Part shown: positions 41,015 to 51,580 of the stretch, one piece after another | Numbering within the stretch: the stretch's first letter is position 1 | How the letters are laid out: each line of letters begins with the position of its first letter | Source: Syntrophales bacterium | Lineage (GTDB): Bacteria > Desulfobacterota > Syntrophia > Syntrophales > UBA2210 | Direction of reading: 5' to 3' | Assembly: GCA_963662405.2 (NCBI GenBank) | Contig: CAXXKT010000001.1 | Location: forward strand, 576,001-640,000 | DNA: 64,000 nt | Position numbers and translations under genes: made by a program | Notes under the pieces: model-generated | Told to the model about the DNA's origin: nothing | What the model saw: only the letters and a program-made list of their open reading frames with translations | The model's database searches: none

Positions 41015-42250
41015 TCAAAAAGGCATGTCGTTCATGCTGAATATCGCCATCAGCATCGATATTACGATGAATCCCACGATTACCCCCATGGCGAGGATCA
41101 TGGCAGGTTCCAACAGACTGACAAATTTCTTAACCATATCCCGCACGATTTTCTCGTAATTGTCGGCCACCCTGAGCAGCATCTTATCGAGCTTCCCCGT
41201 CTCTTCCCCGACCGTGATGATCTGTATGGCAAGGGACGGGAATACCCCCACATCACCAAGCGGTTTCGATAACCGTTCCCCCTCCTTGACGCGATCGTAG
41301 ACACTCGTCATGGCATGGGCAATCACCCGATTCCCGATAATATCGGTCACCAATTTGATCGCCTGGAGGATCGGGACACCACTGTTGGTAAGGGTCCCCA
41401 GAGTCCGTGCGAATCGCGCGGTCTCAACCTTCCTGACATAATCCCCGCTTACCGGCAGCTTCATCTTGTATTGATCCATCTTCAGACGCCCGGCGGGGGT
41501 CCGCGTGTATCGCCTGAAGAAATAATAGAGTGCGCCCACCCCGCCGATGAAAACAAACCAGTACTGCCTCAGGATATCACTGAGACCGAGGAGGAAACGG
41601 GCCGTCCCGGGTACTGCCTGACCCATATCCGCGAATATAAGCGAGAACTTGGGGACAACAAAGGTCAGAAGGATAATGATCGAGAGGCCACCTACAAATA
41701 CCAAAAAGAGGGGATACACCATGGATGATCGAATGTAATCCCTCAATTCTTCTGAATTTTCAAGGAATATCGTCAACCGATCCAGGACGGATTCCAGGAC
41801 GCTCCCCACCTCGCCCGCTCGTACCATATTGACATAAAAGGTCGAAAAGATACGGGGATGTTTTCCCAGTGCATCTGAAAGATAGCCCCCCCCCTGAACC
41901 GTCTTGAGAATATCCGCAACGACATTCCGAAATTTCTCGTTTTGCTGTATGTCGATCAATATCGTCAGGGCTCGGTCAACCGGAAGCCCCGCGCCAAGGA
42001 GCGTCGAAAGGTCCTGGGTAAAGGTCATTACATCCCGCGTAGATACCCTCCGAAAAAGCGCCAAGGCGTTCCCCAGATCGGCATCAAGCCATCGTCGCCC
42101 GTTGGTAGAGGAGACCCTGATCGGGATATACCCCATCTCCTGAAGCTTGGCAACAGCATCCCTGGTCTCAGCGGCTTCAAGGGTACCATTAATTACCTTG
42201 CCTGCGGAATTCGTCGCCTTGTATGTAAAGGTCTGTACGTTACTTTTCAA
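41015..42250 (-). CDS. gspF: T2SS inner-membrane platform protein F
   Basis: YVNMVRAGE, YP..., VGEETGKL and LLEPAMI motifs. Confidence 0.93.
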   Translation of the reverse strand: MKSNVQTFTYKATNSAGKVINGTLEAAETRDAVAKLQEMGYIPIRVSSTNGRRWLDADLGNALALFRRVSTRDVMTFTQDLSTLLGAGLPVDRALTILIDIQQNEKFRNVVADILKTVQGGGYLSDALGKHPRIFSTFYVNMVRAGEVGSVLESVLDRLTIFLENSEELRDYIRSSMVYPLFLVFVGGLSIIILLTFVVPKFSLIFADMGQAVPGTARFLLGLSDILRQYWFVFIGGVGALYYFFRRYTRTPAGRLKMDQYKMKLPVSGDYVRKVETARFARTLGTLTNSGVPILQAIKLVTDIIGNRVIAHAMTSVYDRVKEGERLSKPLGDVGVFPSLAIQIITVGEETGKLDKMLLRVADNYEKIVRDMVKKFVSLLEPAMILAMGVIVGFIVISMLMAIFSMNDMPF

Positions 42251-43754
42251 GGGTCACCCGCAATACTTCCTGTATGGTTGTAATCCCCTCTCTGACTTTT
42301 CTCCATCCATCCTGACGCAGAACCGTCATCCCCCGTTCGATCGCCACGTCTTTGATCCGCTCCGTATTTGATCGGGCCATGATCTCCCGCCGGATATGTT
42401 CATCGACGGCAAGATATTCAAAGATAGCGGTCCTCCCCTTAAAACCGGTGCCACGACAGGATTCACACCCTCTTCCGGCATAGAAACGAGTATCCGCCGC
42501 CTGGTCACGACTGATCCCCATCGACCGCACAAGCCGTTCCTCCGGCTCAATAACCTCTTTACAATCGGGACAGATGACCCGCACCAGCCTTTGCGCCAGC
42601 ACGCCCAACAAGGTGGAGCTCAGGAGAAAGTGCTCCACCTTCATGTCGAGGAGCCTCGTGACGGCCCCCGCGGCATCATTTGTATGGAGGGTACTGAAGA
42701 GCAGGTGCCCGGTCAGGGCGGACTGTATGGCGATCTCAGCGGTCTCCCTGTCTCTGATCTCACCGACCAGGATGATATCCGGGTCTTGGCGGACGATGGA
42801 GCGTAGACCATTCGCGAAGGACATGCCGATCTTCGGATTGACCTGTATCTGATTGACGCCGCTGAGCTGATATTCGACCGGCTCTTCGAGGGTAATGATC
42901 TTTTTTTCGGGAGAATTGATCTTGGCGAGGGTCGTGTACAGAGTGGATGTCTTGCCGCTCCCCGTGGGTCCCGTTACCAGTATCATACCATACGGCTGCG
43001 CAACCAGTTCCCGATACTCGTCGAGGAGTTCCTTCGGAAAACCCACCTTCTCCAGATCCAGGATCAGGGACTCCCGGTCCAATATTCTCATGACGAGACT
43101 CTCTCCAAAGAGTGTGGGAAGTGTGGACACCCTGAAATCTATCTCTTTATCGGACACCTTCAGTTTGATCCTTCCGTCCTGGGGAAGACGTCTTTCCGCG
43201 ATGTCCAACTTCGCCATGATCTTCACACGCGAGATAATGGCTGCCTGCAGCCGGCCCGGCGGGGACTCGACCTCATGAAGCACACCGTCTATCCGGTATC
43301 GCACCTTGAACTCGTGCTCAAAGGGCTCGAAGTGGATGTCACTGGCCCGTGTTTCGACAGCATTCAGAATCAGCCGGTTGACCAGCCTGATGATCGGCGC
43401 TTCCGAAGCGAGGTCTCTTAGATGATCCGCATTTTCGACCCCTTCGGAGGAAACATCATAGATACCCTTACCCGCCTCCTCGATGATCGTCTCCAGAGAC
43501 TGACTTCCGGCACCGTACAACCGGTCAATGGCACCCAGGATATCATCCTCTTTTCCTTGGCTGACATCAATATGCAGTCCGCAGGCGAGTTTCAGGGCGT
43601 CGATGGCATAAAAATCCCTCGGATCAGCCATCGCCACCTTGAGCATCCCTTCCTCGATCTTGAGCGGGATACATTTCGATTGCTTCATAAATTTGACCGA
43701 GACATTGTCAACGGCAACCGGTTCTTTGGGATAATCCTGAAAACGTATCTGCAT
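42240..43754 (-). CDS. gspE: T2SS ATPase E
   Basis: RASDIHFEP, AERRLPQDGR, GPTGSGKT, RQDPDIILVGEIRD and TGHL motifs, plus CxxC..CxxC. Confidence 0.95.
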   Translation of the reverse strand: MQIRFQDYPKEPVAVDNVSVKFMKQSKCIPLKIEEGMLKVAMADPRDFYAIDALKLACGLHIDVSQGKEDDILGAIDRLYGAGSQSLETIIEEAGKGIYDVSSEGVENADHLRDLASEAPIIRLVNRLILNAVETRASDIHFEPFEHEFKVRYRIDGVLHEVESPPGRLQAAIISRVKIMAKLDIAERRLPQDGRIKLKVSDKEIDFRVSTLPTLFGESLVMRILDRESLILDLEKVGFPKELLDEYRELVAQPYGMILVTGPTGSGKTSTLYTTLAKINSPEKKIITLEEPVEYQLSGVNQIQVNPKIGMSFANGLRSIVRQDPDIILVGEIRDRETAEIAIQSALTGHLLFSTLHTNDAAGAVTRLLDMKVEHFLLSSTLLGVLAQRLVRVICPDCKEVIEPEERLVRSMGISRDQAADTRFYAGRGCESCRGTGFKGRTAIFEYLAVDEHIRREIMARSNTERIKDVAIERGMTVLRQDGWRKVREGITTIQEVLRVTLEK

Positions 43755-43823
43755 TGCCTTGCTTCTTTCTAAAAACGGGTGAAAACAACTTTGTAAAATA
43801 TAACCATCAAGATATGGAATACA

Positions 43824-43839
43824 AGCAAATACCATACCT
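43824..43839 (-). promoter_or_regulatory. Candidate sigma-54 promoter for the gsp operon
   Basis: Minus strand reads AGGTAT-GGTAT-TTGCT (GG-N10-GC), ~70 bp upstream of the gspE ATG. Confidence 0.45.
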
Positions 43840-43979
43840 GAAGGCATCGTCTTTATTTGTCACTCAGATATACGTTCCTGCACCGAACGGACTGAAAGGC
43901 ATCATGAGTTCGCCCGCGGGTTTTTGCTTCGTTCTTATCGGAAAAACAATGCAGCCCCTGCCGTGACCAAAGATTTTTC

Positions 43980-44999
43980 TCAATACCCATCAGGATTGAG
44001 GGATTGCCATCGCCACGCATCGGCACACATCTCCTCTATCCCCCTCTTCGCCGTCCACCCAAGCTCCCGCCGCGCCTTCGAGGCATCGGCATAACAGGCC
44101 GAGATATCGCCCGGACGACGTTCAACGATGGTGTAGGGCACGGCACGACCGGAAGCCTTCTCAAACTCTTCAACGATCTCAAGAACGCTGTACCCCTGTC
44201 CGGTACCGAGGTTGTAGATGACAAGGCCGGGATGCAATGCCAGTTTTTCCAGGGCCTTGAGATGTCCGTCGGCCAGGTCGACGACATGGACATAATCCCT
44301 GACACCGGTCCCATCCACCGTCGGATAATCATCGCCGAACACCGAAAGCTCACGGCGTTTACCGACCGCGACCTGGGTGATATACGGAAACAGATTATTG
44401 GGGATTCCATGAGGATCTTCACCGATCAGACCGCCGGGATGAGCTCCGACCGGATTGAAATACCGCAGGAGCGCGATGTCCCAAGGTTCCCCCGCAACGG
44501 GGGGTATATCTTGCAGGATCTTCTCAATCATGAGCTTCGAACGCCCGTAAGGGTTGGCGGGTGCGAGGGGGAATTCTTCAGTTATCGGAACGGTATGTGG
44601 ATCGCCGTAGACCGTCGCGGAAGAGCTGAAGACGATTTGCCGGACACCGTACCGTCCCATCGCCTCGCACAAATTGATCGTTCCCGTGATGTTGTTATGA
44701 TAGTAGCGAAGCGGAACGGTTACGGATTCTCCCACCGCCTTGAGCCCTGCAAAGTGAACGACGGCATCAATCGGGGTCCGTGTAAATACATCGTCCACGG
44801 CCTTCGCATCGAGGAGATCCACTCGGTGAAATTCCAGTTCTTTCCCCGCAATGCGCTGCACCCTTTCGAGCGAATCCTTCTTGCTGTTGACGAGGTTATC
44901 GATGACAACCACCTCGTATCCCGCCTCCAAAAGCGCCAGGCAGGTATGACTCCCGATATATCCGGCGCCGCCCGTTACCAGTATCCTTCTGTTACCCAT
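43980..44999 (-). CDS. galE: UDP-glucose 4-epimerase
   Basis: [35 protein letters not shown] and [11 protein letters not shown] motifs. Confidence 0.95.
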   Translation of the reverse strand: MGNRRILVTGGAGYIGSHTCLALLEAGYEVVVIDNLVNSKKDSLERVQRIAGKELEFHRVDLLDAKAVDDVFTRTPIDAVVHFAGLKAVGESVTVPLRYYHNNITGTINLCEAMGRYGVRQIVFSSSATVYGDPHTVPITEEFPLAPANPYGRSKLMIEKILQDIPPVAGEPWDIALLRYFNPVGAHPGGLIGEDPHGIPNNLFPYITQVAVGKRRELSVFGDDYPTVDGTGVRDYVHVVDLADGHLKALEKLALHPGLVIYNLGTGQGYSVLEIVEEFEKASGRAVPYTIVERRPGDISACYADASKARRELGWTAKRGIEEMCADAWRWQSLNPDGY

Positions 45000-45170
45000 T
45001 CGAGAACCCTCCCGCGGCGGACAGTAGCATATTTGTGAGGCATAAGGCAATGGCACAAAAAGAAAGGAATTACCGCTACTCTTCTCGCGATCTGCCCGTT
45101 TCCGGTTGACACCGGGGCGATACTCACGTACATCTTTTTATCAGGAATATATCGCGAACAAGGAGAGACC

Positions 45171-45839
45171 ATGATGCATCGTTTTTTCTCACTCGGCATA
45201 GGAGCCGGGATACTCTGGGTACTACTCGTTTCTTCCTGCGCCCCCGTCAACCTGTACACCATCACCATGGAATACCTGTCACCGGAGTCATCCGTGCCGC
45301 CAATCGGAAAAATTCGGGGACCCATTACAGTGGCTGCATTCATCGACGCGCGGCATATCGATGACACGATGCGCCTTGGAACAGTGATACCCGCTGAAGG
45401 CAAGACCATACCGGTCCTTCCGAAATACCGCAGGGCCACCGAAACGGTTACCGACGGCATCAAAACCTGCCTTTCATCGCAGGGGTATACACTCTCCCCG
45501 AACAATCCCTCATGGGATCTTCGAAGAGATACCATTGATCAAGAATGGGGACACCTCCTGATAGGAGGCTCTATCGACCGGCTTGATGTCGTCTGCCGCT
45601 ACGACGGTATCAAAAAGATCTATCAGACGGATATCACCTTGACCCTTGTCTTTGCCGACATTCGGAATGCTCAAATATTGCTGAAGATGGAGACCACAGC
45701 GACAGCTTCGTTGACACACGTTCGTTTCTCAGAAGAGATGCTGGGGAAACAGATAAGCACGACCCTTTCAGATGCCATCAGGCGCGTATGTGGGGACGGG
45801 AGAACACTCCCGCAAATCCTCGATCGTATAGAGAACTGA
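45171..45839 (+). CDS. Hypothetical lipoprotein
   Basis: Hydrophobic signal ending in LVSSC; GGAG RBS. Confidence 0.6.
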   Translation: MMHRFFSLGIGAGILWVLLVSSCAPVNLYTITMEYLSPESSVPPIGKIRGPITVAAFIDARHIDDTMRLGTVIPAEGKTIPVLPKYRRATETVTDGIKTCLSSQGYTLSPNNPSWDLRRDTIDQEWGHLLIGGSIDRLDVVCRYDGIKKIYQTDITLTLVFADIRNAQILLKMETTATASLTHVRFSEEMLGKQISTTLSDAIRRVCGDGRTLPQILDRIEN

Positions 45840-45897
45840 CAGGGGAGAGTGGTGTTCCCAAACAAATGCGGAGAAAGATGACCCTCCGAAAAAGGGC

Positions 45898-45925
45898 TTG
45901 ACTTGCCTTCAAAATACTATATAGT
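45898..45925 (+). promoter_or_regulatory. Sigma-70-type promoter of the cold-shock gene (long 5' UTR)
   Basis: TTGACT-N16-TATAGT, ~185 bp upstream of the csp start. Confidence 0.45.
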
Positions 45926-46110
45926 CGATCCTGTCAAGCGATTTGGGAGGTCAAAAAAGCGTTTTTACCTACAGATAGTTGGTGGAGCGCGGTAAAGTAA
46001 GGATTGGAATATTTTAAAGCACGAATCTAGACCATTGGATGTTCAGGCTTCTCGGTTCTTCATGCAGGCGATCCTACTTTAAAAAAACGAAAGAAAGGAG
46101 GGTTGCCCCA

Positions 46111-46311
46111 GTGTCTGAAGGTACCGTGAAGTGGTTTAACGCGAGCAAGGGTTTCGGCTTCATCGAGAACGATGAGGGTGGTGATGTCTTTGTGCATTAC
46201 AGTGCTATCGAGAGCGAAGGGTTCAAGACGTTGGAAGAAAATCAGCGTGTATCGTTCGATATCGAGCAAGGCGCCAAAGGTCCGGCGGCCGCTAACGTAA
46301 AGATTTTATAA
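46111..46311 (+). CDS. csp: Cold-shock protein (CspA family)
   Basis: GTVKWFN, KGFGFI and DVFVHYS motifs. GTG start after AAGGAGG. Confidence 0.95.
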   Translation: MSEGTVKWFNASKGFGFIENDEGGDVFVHYSAIESEGFKTLEENQRVSFDIEQGAKGPAAANVKIL

Positions 46312-46497
46312 CATGCATATCAATTGGGTCGCGCAAAGGCATCTCCCCGTTGAGATGCCTTTGTCATGTCCGGTCTTCCCGTACACAAGGCGATCATCAA
46401 ACCGCAGGGGCTCAGGTCGATCGCCCCGTTCTTCCTTCACCTTTTCCAGAGAGCCGGCATACCGATACAGAGTGGTAACGGCAGGAGGTCGGAGAGC

Positions 46498-47607
46498 ATG
46501 GCACGGGTCATGATCAGGGAGGCAACGTACGACTACGAGTTGTTGCGTCCTATCGTCTATCAATTCCTCGATGCGTTTTGCGGTGATGCCATCACCCCTT
46601 CCAGCCGTGTCGTTATAAAACCGAACCTCCTCCAGGCGGCAACGCCTGAAAGCGCTATCCTTACCCATCCCTGTATAGTCCGTGCCGTTGCGCAGTACGT
46701 CATTGAAAAGGGAGCCCGACCGCAGATATCGGACAGTCAGGCCATCGGGGCATTCAACACCATCCTGACCAGGAGCGGGATCAGGGCCGCCCTCAGTGGA
46801 CTCGATGTGGAGATCCGTGAATTCACACGCTCCGTCAAGATAGACATAGGCGCTCCTTTCGGTACGATCGAGCTCGCCGAAGATGCGGTCGAGGCCGATA
46901 TTCTGATCAACCTGGCCAAACTCAAGACCCACGGCCAGATGCTCCTGACCTGCGGTGTGAAAAACCTCTTCGGCTGCGTGGTGGGATTCAGAAAACCCGA
47001 ATGGCACATGCGGGCAGGGATCGATCGAGATCACTTCGCCCGCCTCCTCACGGCCATCTACCAAACCCTCAGACCGGTCATCACGATCGTGGACGGCATC
47101 CTGGCCCTCGAGGGGGACGGCCCCGGGAAGGGAGGGGTCCCGCGGCAGGTGGGACATCTTCTCGCGGGAAAGGATGCGACGGCGGTCGACCGCGTTATCT
47201 GCACTATGGTCGGGATAGACCCACAGGACCTGCCGACCGACAGGGCTGCACAGGCGATGGGAATCGGGGGGGAGATTATCGACATTGACGGAACAGTCCC
47301 CTTGATCAAAGGCTTTCGGCTGCCGAAACACACACCACTTGTGTACGGTCCCCGAAGGTTCCAGTCTACGGCCCGGCGCTGGCTCCTCCAGCGGCCCGTT
47401 GTTGATAAGGCACGGTGCGAGATGTGCGGCGCGTGCTGGAAATTCTGCCCCGTCGGCGCCATTCGGAGCACGGACGACACCATCCGCTTCGACTACGATC
47501 GATGCATCCGGTGTTACTGCTGCATGGAAATCTGCCCCCACGGGGCGCTCCATTCCACGGCTCCCCTCCCCGGGAGGTTCATGGAGCGGATTATCCACAG
47601 AAAATAA
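46498..47607 (+). CDS. DUF362-family Fe-S protein with C-terminal 2x[4Fe-4S] ferredoxin
   Basis: IKPNL, THP, KLKTH and GVKNLFG motifs; two CxxCxxCxxxCP motifs. Confidence 0.88.
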   Translation: MARVMIREATYDYELLRPIVYQFLDAFCGDAITPSSRVVIKPNLLQAATPESAILTHPCIVRAVAQYVIEKGARPQISDSQAIGAFNTILTRSGIRAALSGLDVEIREFTRSVKIDIGAPFGTIELAEDAVEADILINLAKLKTHGQMLLTCGVKNLFGCVVGFRKPEWHMRAGIDRDHFARLLTAIYQTLRPVITIVDGILALEGDGPGKGGVPRQVGHLLAGKDATAVDRVICTMVGIDPQDLPTDRAAQAMGIGGEIIDIDGTVPLIKGFRLPKHTPLVYGPRRFQSTARRWLLQRPVVDKARCEMCGACWKFCPVGAIRSTDDTIRFDYDRCIRCYCCMEICPHGALHSTAPLPGRFMERIIHRK

Positions 47608-47611
47608 TCGA

Positions 47612-48880
47612 TTATTTTAGTCTGAACAATCGTTTGATCGCCGCGACGTAGGGATCGGCATCGCCGCGACGGCTCTCCTTCTTGAGGCCGACCACCGGAT
47701 CGTGGAGGATTTTGTTGACGACTGAGTTGACAAGGATCGCGATATTCTCCCGTTCCCCTTCGTCCAGGCTCTTCATCCAAGAATTGGATTTTTCCATCTC
47801 TCCCTTGATAATCTCGTCGGCCTTCCCCTTGAGATCCACGATTGTCGGAACAACCTCAAGGGTGGCGTGCCATTCGAAGAATTTCACGACCTCTTCGTCA
47901 ATAATAGCCTGCGCTTTGTGCGCCTCCTGAAGGCGACTCCGGGTGTTCTGATCCACCACGTCCTGGAGGTCATCGACGTTGTATAGATATACGTTGTCAA
48001 TCTGCCCCGCCGTGGGATCGATGTCCCGCGGCACCGCCACATCGATGAGAAAGAGAAGCCGGTTCTTCCGTCTGCGCAGGGCCGATTCAATCATGCCGGC
48101 TGATATGATGCAGTCGGGAGACCCCGTGGAGCTAATCACGATATCGACGCCCCCCAGTTGTTCTCCCAACAGCTCGAACTCAACAGGAATCCCCTGGAAA
48201 TCCTGCGCCAGCCGGACGGCATTTTCATACGTGCGGTTGGTGAAGATCATCCGCCCAACACCATTCTCGACGAGGTGCCGGGCGGCAAGCTCCGCCATCT
48301 CGCCGGCGCCGACGAGGAGCGCCCGTTTCTCTCCAAGGGTCCCGAAGATCTTCTTGGCCAGCTCGACCGCGGCATAGCTGACGGAGACGGCGTTGTTCGC
48401 AATGGCGGTCTCGGTCCGCGCCCGTTTGGCCACCCGGAAGGCATGGTGGAGCAGCTTGTTCAGTATGACCCCGGATGCCTTGTGCTTGACACACAGGCGG
48501 TAGGCCTCTTTGACCTGCCCCAGGATCTGCGGCTCCCCCATGACCATTGAGTCGAGACTCGAGGCCACCCGAAAGAGATGGCGTACCGCTCCTGCGTCGT
48601 GGTGTATGTAGAGGCACCGTTCCATCTCCACGGGGGAGAGATTCCCATGCGCGGTGATGAACGATGTGAGCTTCTCCACCCCCATCTCCACGTCCGTGTC
48701 TTTCATGTTCGCCAGGACCTCGACGCGGTTGCAGGTGGAAAGATACAGCACCTCATCGACTTGCGGAATCTTCTTCAGTTCTTCGAAGGGTTTCCCTTCC
48801 TCCCCGCACGACAGCGACAGGCGCTCCCGGATGCTGAGGGGAGCGCTTTTGTGATTAATTCCCAGAAGGACGATACTCAT
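47612..48880 (-). CDS. hemA: Glutamyl-tRNA reductase
   Basis: STCNRVE, SLDSMVMGEPQILGQ, GAGEM and DVAVPRDI motifs. Confidence 0.97.
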   Translation of the reverse strand: MSIVLLGINHKSAPLSIRERLSLSCGEEGKPFEELKKIPQVDEVLYLSTCNRVEVLANMKDTDVEMGVEKLTSFITAHGNLSPVEMERCLYIHHDAGAVRHLFRVASSLDSMVMGEPQILGQVKEAYRLCVKHKASGVILNKLLHHAFRVAKRARTETAIANNAVSVSYAAVELAKKIFGTLGEKRALLVGAGEMAELAARHLVENGVGRMIFTNRTYENAVRLAQDFQGIPVEFELLGEQLGGVDIVISSTGSPDCIISAGMIESALRRRKNRLLFLIDVAVPRDIDPTAGQIDNVYLYNVDDLQDVVDQNTRSRLQEAHKAQAIIDEEVVKFFEWHATLEVVPTIVDLKGKADEIIKGEMEKSNSWMKSLDEGERENIAILVNSVVNKILHDPVVGLKKESRRGDADPYVAAIKRLFRLK

Positions 48881-48901
48881 ATGATCCGCACATTACACCG
48901 C

Positions 48902-49717
48902 TCAGAACCGGTGCATCGTTACAAAAAAGACGTTCACGCCGACAAACGCAAAAAGAAGTCCGGTAAAGGCGACAATCGACATGAGGGCGGCCTTCCTTCC
49001 CTTCCACCCAATGGCGATCCTCTGGTGAACCACGACAGCATATAAAACCCACGAAACGGCTGTGAAGACCTGCTTCGGGTCCCAGTGCCAGCCGCTCCCC
49101 CAGACCGTCCGTGCCCAGATTGATCCCGCGATGATTCCGAAGGTCAGGAGGGGAAACCCCCACAGGGTACACAGGTGATTGATCCGGTCGAGATCTCCCA
49201 AGGGCGGGAGCAGTCGACTGAAGCCACGCACCTTCTTCTCCCGTATCAATCGATCCTGCAGCAGGTACATGATACCCGCCAAGCAAGCAAGGGAGAAGAG
49301 GGCGCCGCCGGTCAGGAGAAGCACGACATGAACGGGGACCAGGGGACCGCGCAGGGCGGACGGAAAGGGCTCCCCGTCGGTCATCCCTGCGGAGGCCGCT
49401 ACCACCATGACCACCACCGCGGGGGATACGAAGGCCCCCAGTACCTGTGTCTTTGTTCTCGCCTGGAAAACGAGATACGAACCGACAACGACCCAAGCAA
49501 TAAAGGAGAGGGAGGTATAGATATTCACCGACGGGATGGCGGTTTCCCCTTGCCACTGCAGGACGATATGGACCGTGTGCAGGGCGAATGCCAGGGTCAG
49601 CACCCCCATTGAGGCCTTTGCCACGCGTACTTTCCCGGCAAAGAGTGAGGAGATGTATCCCACTGTGCTCAGGAGGTACGCTCCGAGTGCAATCCTGAAA
49701 AAAAGCAGCTCCATCAT
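48902..49717 (-). CDS. ccsA: CcsA/HemX-like cytochrome c assembly membrane protein
   Basis: GSIWA...WG..W.WDPK motif, conserved His, located upstream of hemA. Confidence 0.8.
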   Translation of the reverse strand: MMELLFFRIALGAYLLSTVGYISSLFAGKVRVAKASMGVLTLAFALHTVHIVLQWQGETAIPSVNIYTSLSFIAWVVVGSYLVFQARTKTQVLGAFVSPAVVVMVVAASAGMTDGEPFPSALRGPLVPVHVVLLLTGGALFSLACLAGIMYLLQDRLIREKKVRGFSRLLPPLGDLDRINHLCTLWGFPLLTFGIIAGSIWARTVWGSGWHWDPKQVFTAVSWVLYAVVVHQRIAIGWKGRKAALMSIVAFTGLLFAFVGVNVFFVTMHRF

Positions 49718-49776
49718 GCGAACCTTCTCACCCTGTTACCTAAGACAAATACCATGGATCGCCAACGGACCGGTGG

Positions 49777-50424
49777 TTAACATCCGATCTCGACCTCTTC
49801 GCCGGTCAGAGCCCTGATGATATCCCGTACCCGATCACCGTTCCCTTCCCTGATATGACGGAGAATATCGGAATCCAGAACAGACTCGAAGAGATCGCGA
49901 TTTTCGGCGGACGGAGCGCCCCGGGCAAGTATTTTTCCCCTGAGAGCCCCCATGATCTCAAGGAGGACGCCATATTCGGGACCATAGTTTTTCTCAATCT
50001 CTTCGCGCACCCGCCGCGCAAGCGCCGGGGATTTCCCCGCGGTCGACACGGCCACCAAAAGATCCCCCCGGCGGAAGACCGAGGGAACAATGAAGGTGCA
50101 CCGAGCGGGGTCATCCACGATATTTACCGGAATCATTCGGTCGCGTGCGTCTCGCGATACCCGCCCGTTGACGTCCTCCCGGTCGGTTGCCCCGATCACC
50201 AGGAATGCACCCTCCAGATATCCCTCCCGATAGTCATCGGCGATCCACTCGATTTCCGCCGTTTCCGTCATCGTGCGCAGCCCTGCCGTTAACACCTTCG
50301 TGACGAGAACCACCCGCGCACCGCAGGCACGGAGACCGGCCACTTTTCGCTCGGCAACCTCTCCGCCGCCTACGACGACGCACCGAGCACCGGCGATATC
50401 GAGACATATGGGATATACAATCAC
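49777..50424 (-). CDS. Precorrin-2 dehydrogenase (SirC / CysG N-terminal type)
   Basis: YPICLD, VVGGGEVAERK, VNIVDDP and AVSTAGKSPALAR motifs. GTG start at 50424 or 50427 after GGAGG. Confidence 0.9.
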   Translation of the reverse strand: MIVYPICLDIAGARCVVVGGGEVAERKVAGLRACGARVVLVTKVLTAGLRTMTETAEIEWIADDYREGYLEGAFLVIGATDREDVNGRVSRDARDRMIPVNIVDDPARCTFIVPSVFRRGDLLVAVSTAGKSPALARRVREEIEKNYGPEYGVLLEIMGALRGKILARGAPSAENRDLFESVLDSDILRHIREGNGDRVRDIIRALTGEEVEIGC

Positions 50425-50607
50425 CACTTCCCTCCTCCCAAAGTACCAAAAGGAAAAATGACTATCACGAAGCTCCTGAAAGTTCAAGGTGCTTGAAATA
50501 TCAACACAGGGGTGATAGCCTGCACGCGTATAGGGGGGGTGATCCGGTCGGGAGGACATTGCTTCGGGAGCCGATCCCGCTTTTCCACAGACCACAGGAG
50601 GCACAGT

Positions 50608-51537
50608 ATGTCCGAGACAAAAGAGAAATGGATCGAGATAACCGTCCTGACACCACCGGAGCTGGCCGAGGCGCTGTCGAATTTCCTCGAAGAGATGGGA
50701 ACGGGGGGCGTCTTTCAGGAAGCCGCCGTGGATGATCCCTTCAACAGCCCGAGGGTCCCCGCACAGGAGACGCTCAAATCGTACCTCCCCTGGAGCCGCT
50801 CGGTCAAGAAACAGACGGACCGCATCGTGGTCTACATCGACAGTCTCGCATCCCTCTTTCCCAAACTGAACAAACCCTGCCTCTCCACGAAGACCGTCGT
50901 CGATCCCGGCTGGGGAGAGCAGTGGAAGAAATATTTCAAACCCCTCAGGATGAGCGACAACATCGTGATCAAGCCGACGTGGGAGCGGTACACCCCGGCT
51001 GGGAGCGATATCGTTGTCGACATCGACCCCGGGATGGCCTTCGGCACGGGACAGCACCCCTCTACCCGGATGTGCATTGTGGCCATCGAAGAGATACTAC
51101 TCAGGGACAGCGCCCGCGAAGAGCGCTCCGTCCTGGACGTCGGCACGGGGACGGGTATCCTCGCCATCTGTGCCGCGAAATTCGGAGCGCGGACCGTGAC
51201 GGGGATCGACATTGACCCGAAGGCCGTCGAAATAGCGGGAAGAAATATCGTTATCAACGGCGTGGAAGACCGCGTCGAGATCAGCAATCGGGACGTCGCC
51301 CTCTGGAAGGGCGGCTTCGATCTGATCGTGGCCAACCTGATATCGGGGGTGCTGATCCAACTTCATGAGCACCTGACATCCCTGATGAACCCCGGGGGGC
51401 ACCTCATCGCGTCGGGGCTCACCGAGCACGACGCGAAAGACGTGGAGACGATATTCTGCAGCGGGGACGTAACCCTGCATGGAACTCAGATAGAGCGGGA
51501 GTGGGTCTGTTACACCTTTCAGAAGGCGGCCCGGTAG
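50608..51537 (+). CDS. prmA: Ribosomal protein L11 methyltransferase
   Basis: WKKYFKP, IDPGMAFGTGQHPST and VLDVGTGTGIL motifs. Confidence 0.95.
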   Translation: MSETKEKWIEITVLTPPELAEALSNFLEEMGTGGVFQEAAVDDPFNSPRVPAQETLKSYLPWSRSVKKQTDRIVVYIDSLASLFPKLNKPCLSTKTVVDPGWGEQWKKYFKPLRMSDNIVIKPTWERYTPAGSDIVVDIDPGMAFGTGQHPSTRMCIVAIEEILLRDSAREERSVLDVGTGTGILAICAAKFGARTVTGIDIDPKAVEIAGRNIVINGVEDRVEISNRDVALWKGGFDLIVANLISGVLIQLHEHLTSLMNPGGHLIASGLTEHDAKDVETIFCSGDVTLHGTQIEREWVCYTFQKAAR

Positions 51538-51580
51538 CACACAAATCATATCCGGTCCGCCCGCCAACCGGAGAAAAACC

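Noticed and set aside
32801..43754. Type IV pilus rather than T2SS
   Set aside because: GspG and GspK signature motifs are present and there is no PilT retraction ATPase.
49777..51057. 426-aa ORF suggesting an N-terminally extended precorrin-2 dehydrogenase
   Set aside because: The extension is antisense to prmA; the real start with an RBS is near 50424.
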